Shown here one piece after another: positions 60,930-64,000 of a stretch of 64,000 bases of DNA. Within the stretch, counting starts at the first letter, position 1; each line of letters opens with the position of its first letter. The notes below the pieces were generated by a model, which saw only the letters and a list, made by a program, of their open reading frames with translations, did not search any database and was not told the origin of the DNA. The DNA comes from Zootoca vivipara (Eukaryota): positions 49,042,001 through 49,106,000 of the forward strand of contig NC_083282.1 of the NCBI RefSeq assembly GCF_963506605.1. The letters run 5' to 3'. Both the position numbers and the translations under genes were made by a program.

Positions 60930-61989
60930 AGGAGTAATTCCTACTGTGCTACTCCTAGGTGAGCCTGCAACACTTTACTAGACATGTCTCAAACTGCTGT
61001 TTTGTTCGGTACCTGTTAAAGACCTCTGTGTGGTCCCTGAACATTGCAGTGTTTCTACAATGCGCAAGCTTTTAAACAACACACACAAAAGTGGGGCTTC
61101 CTTCTGAATGACAAGTATAGGCTTGCATTGTGTGTTTAGGATGGCAGTTTTAAAGTCCAATGTTATGCATGTTTACTCAGAAGTAATTCTCTCTTGTTCA
61201 AACATCACATTTTTAATATGTTGTGGGTCTGTAATGCATAACTGCTAAAATCGTAACCTGAAGTGGATTGTAAGATTCGTGTCTGACAAAACCCAGGTTT
61301 TCATAATTATGCTGGCTGGTAACCTAGGATCTCTCTCTGTGTGTATTCTTTCAGAAAGAAGAACATGTGATGTTGAAGTAGCAGCAAACAGACAGGCACC
61401 CTGCAGTACCATAAGCATTAGGGTGTCACCTAGTGTGCATGTGGAAAGGGAAGGGATGTGATCTGTGCCCATTGTTTTGCAATTATGTAGATCCTAGCGT
61501 TATCCCCCACTATTCTACATGGGAATCATGGAAACAATTCTGATGCTATGGGGAATCTGGCACATAATATACACAATGCAAAAACATGTCAGAAGATTTT
61601 AAAAGCATCATTGCACATGCACAGAGACTACTGGTATGTTATAACAGCTGGAAATGCAATTACCTGCATTATTGCAATAGCATACTGGAGACCCTTGCCT
61701 AGAGGTGTCCTGAGTAGTGTCAACTCTTTCTATGCATATATGGAGGGCTCTGTTCACTCTGCTGTGGAATGCGAATGTGAAAAGGGATTTTGGATCTCAA
61801 ACTGGAAGTTTCAGCAGAACCCAAAAAAATAGACCAGGACTGCAATCCTAAACACACCTACGAGGGAGTAAACCCCAAGTGAACATAATAGGAACTTTAT
61901 TCTGAGTAAACATATGCACAGGATTGTGCTATAAGTCAGCTGAAACTAATCAATTGGAATCAAATGATTCTTCCCATTGTAACATGGAA

Positions 61990-62200
61990 AGTGTGAGATG
62001 GGAGAAATTCTTCTTCACAAGAACCGAATAATTCAGGGTCATCTACTGAAACTGATTGGCACTAAGTCAGGGCAAGCAAAAGGAAGAACTTCGTTGCACA
62101 TAGTTTATTGCTGCATGGTATATAATTCATTGCCACAGATATAACTACAGTACTGCCATTACCTTAGATTAGTTTTAAGGGTTTTAGACAAATTATTAGA
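61990..62200 (+). mobile_element. Old CR1 LINE 3' fragment (approximate)
   Basis: Degenerate AGGGTCAT..TGAAACTGATTGGC...AAAAGGAAG..CTTC...AATTCATTGCCACAGAT, like CR1 3' ends; a similar remnant lies near 7810-7970. Confidence 0.5.
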
Positions 62201-63296
62201 CTACAAATAGTCATTATCATTAGCAGCAAAATAATGGAGCCTCCCTAATCAGACCTAGTATATCTTTGTTTGCTGCACATATTATGCATCTCCATCAAGC
62301 CTTGCATATGAGCTTCTCGGGGGCATCCAGCTAAAGACAGTTAAAAAACTGGGTGGAGTCAGCAACCTTTGTGCTTATCCAATTTAAAATAAACTTCAAT
62401 ATTTCCAATCAATTCTTAATGTTCTCAGTCTGGTGCAGTAGAGTAGGGTATCACTCTTTTGATGCTTACTTCCTTTTCAGTGCTAAAACAGTAAGCCTAT
62501 GCAAGATGTAGATATGTCCTACTTACTGAAGTATTTTAAGATTATAGATGTTCCAAGGCAGTTAACAATATACAATTTTTTTCAGTAAACACTGACTTAT
62601 AATTCAAATGTCAATCAATAAGACTGGCGCGATGCAATTCAACAGCAAACAACAAAAAACTCCAGCAGTAGCATATATATGGTGAAACCTTCAATTAAAA
62701 GCCACAGAAAACAAACGAGTTTTTAAAACTTTCTTAAAAGCTTGAACTGATGGAGCCATACATATATTGAAAGGAAACCCCCCCCCCAACAGAGTTTGCC
62801 AGCCCAGAGATTTTATGTCCCAAGAAATGCAGAGGAAGCGTGGTGATTGCTTTTAGTGGCCTAACTAGTCATTTAAATATTGCAAGAAATTTTTCAAGCT
62901 ACAGGTTCTCAAAGAAGGCAGCATTAAGCAAAAAAAGGGTTTTCATATCGCTTGATAGGAGTGGAAAGATGAAACTAGAGGGGGCACAGTCTAGAGAATG
63001 GCATGACTAACAGCCCAGTGGGGCTCTGTACATGACTCCCATTCTCTCCCCCACCCCCCACAACAAAGAGCGGCTCCCCACACCACTTGTGGTAACATTT
63101 CATTTGGGTTTTTTTTTTTGCAGGTGAGTTTGCAATATGCAGGCAATTAAGAGTTATGCATCCCACAATGGTCTATTGATGTTTGTTTTAAATTTCTTTT
63201 TGCTTTTAATCGGTTTTTAACTTTTTGTTATTTTATTGCTTGGTTTTATGTTTTTATATTGTTGTAAACTACTGTGATGTATTTTTATGATACAGC

Positions 63297-63298
<2 letters not shown>

Positions 63299-63331
<33 letters not shown>
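63299..63331. repeat. (TA)n microsatellite
   Basis: Uninterrupted TA run. Confidence 0.95.
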
Positions 63332-63336
<5 letters not shown>

Positions 63337-64000
63337 ACAAATAAATATGGCAAAGAAGTCTCCCGCTTCCCATAGAGACTTATGGTGCCTGTATAATTAC
63401 TTATCTGCAGACATGCTGGTTGAGCAGCCATAGGAGTGCAGAAGGCATTGCACAGCCAGGCAGTGCTAATCCTAAAGCCACAAAAGTTCCATGTCGTAAG
63501 GACTCAAACAACTCATCCTTCTCTCTAAATGGGGTTTGCAATAAAATAAAATAAAAATTAGCAAATGGTGGCAGATGCACCCAACGGGCTGCCTAGCACA
63601 ATGCTGAAAATCACCAGCTGTGTGTACTGGCTTTTTCTCATAACCACCATATGTCAAAGTTGTTGAGAGAATGGGCCTTAACTCTATGATGCTGCAGTTC
63701 TAACTGCAATGCATAAGCTGATGAACCAACAGCCAGAACAAGCTATAAGAAGAAAGCCCCCAGAACTCACCGTCTTGCAATGAGGATACAAGTCTCTTAT
63801 TCTTCCTCCTGATGTTCCATTGCTATTGCATGAATGTTACAGGATGTTTACAGGCAAACTGGTACATAATCTACCGTTATATATTTTATTTAAATTGTGG
63901 CTTTGTCTATACCAGCAGTGTTCGGATGGCCCAAGAGACAAATTTCCTACTGCCTACTCTGCCAGCCACTCAGGATGTGGTCAGCTCAGCAAAAATCTCA

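Noticed and set aside
59743-63880. Possible - strand exons near 59970 and 63771 (e.g. a ligand gene for the GPCR)
   Set aside because: Splice-like signals exist, but the frames I read contain early stops and no coherent signal peptide or Cys pattern.

Overview
Eukaryotic (vertebrate) genomic DNA from a squamate reptile, probably a lacertid lizard, judged from many Sauria/Squam1-type SINEs ending in (ACCTTT)n. Gene order matches the human 1p13.3 block: ELAPOR1/KIAA1324 exon 1 (- strand; 1-20789 is its intron 1), CFAP276/C1orf194 (+, 5 exons, 172 aa, head-to-head with ELAPOR1), SCARNA2 (-, U2 snRNA Gm25/Cm61 guide with its own TATA box) and TMEM167B (-, 3 exons, 74 aa). Two further genes follow that I do not know from this locus in human: a 5-exon FAM107-family gene (+, 156 aa, predicted N-terminal MGASQSK myristoylation motif) and an intronless GPR25-like GPCR (+, 373 aa). 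ELAPOR1 intron 1 holds an apparently intact Mag-like Ty3/Gypsy retrotransposon: identical 376-bp LTRs, 5-bp TSD, one 1356-aa Gag-Pol ORF, an unusual FFDD RT motif and a mismatched tRNA-Ser PBS. The same intron has a perfect inverted repeat with 66-bp arms. Also present: Tc1/mariner and hAT MITEs, L1/L2/CR1/Penelope fragments, microsatellites and a candidate degenerate hammerhead ribozyme core. All identifications come from reading the sequence and recalling family motifs; no searches were run.
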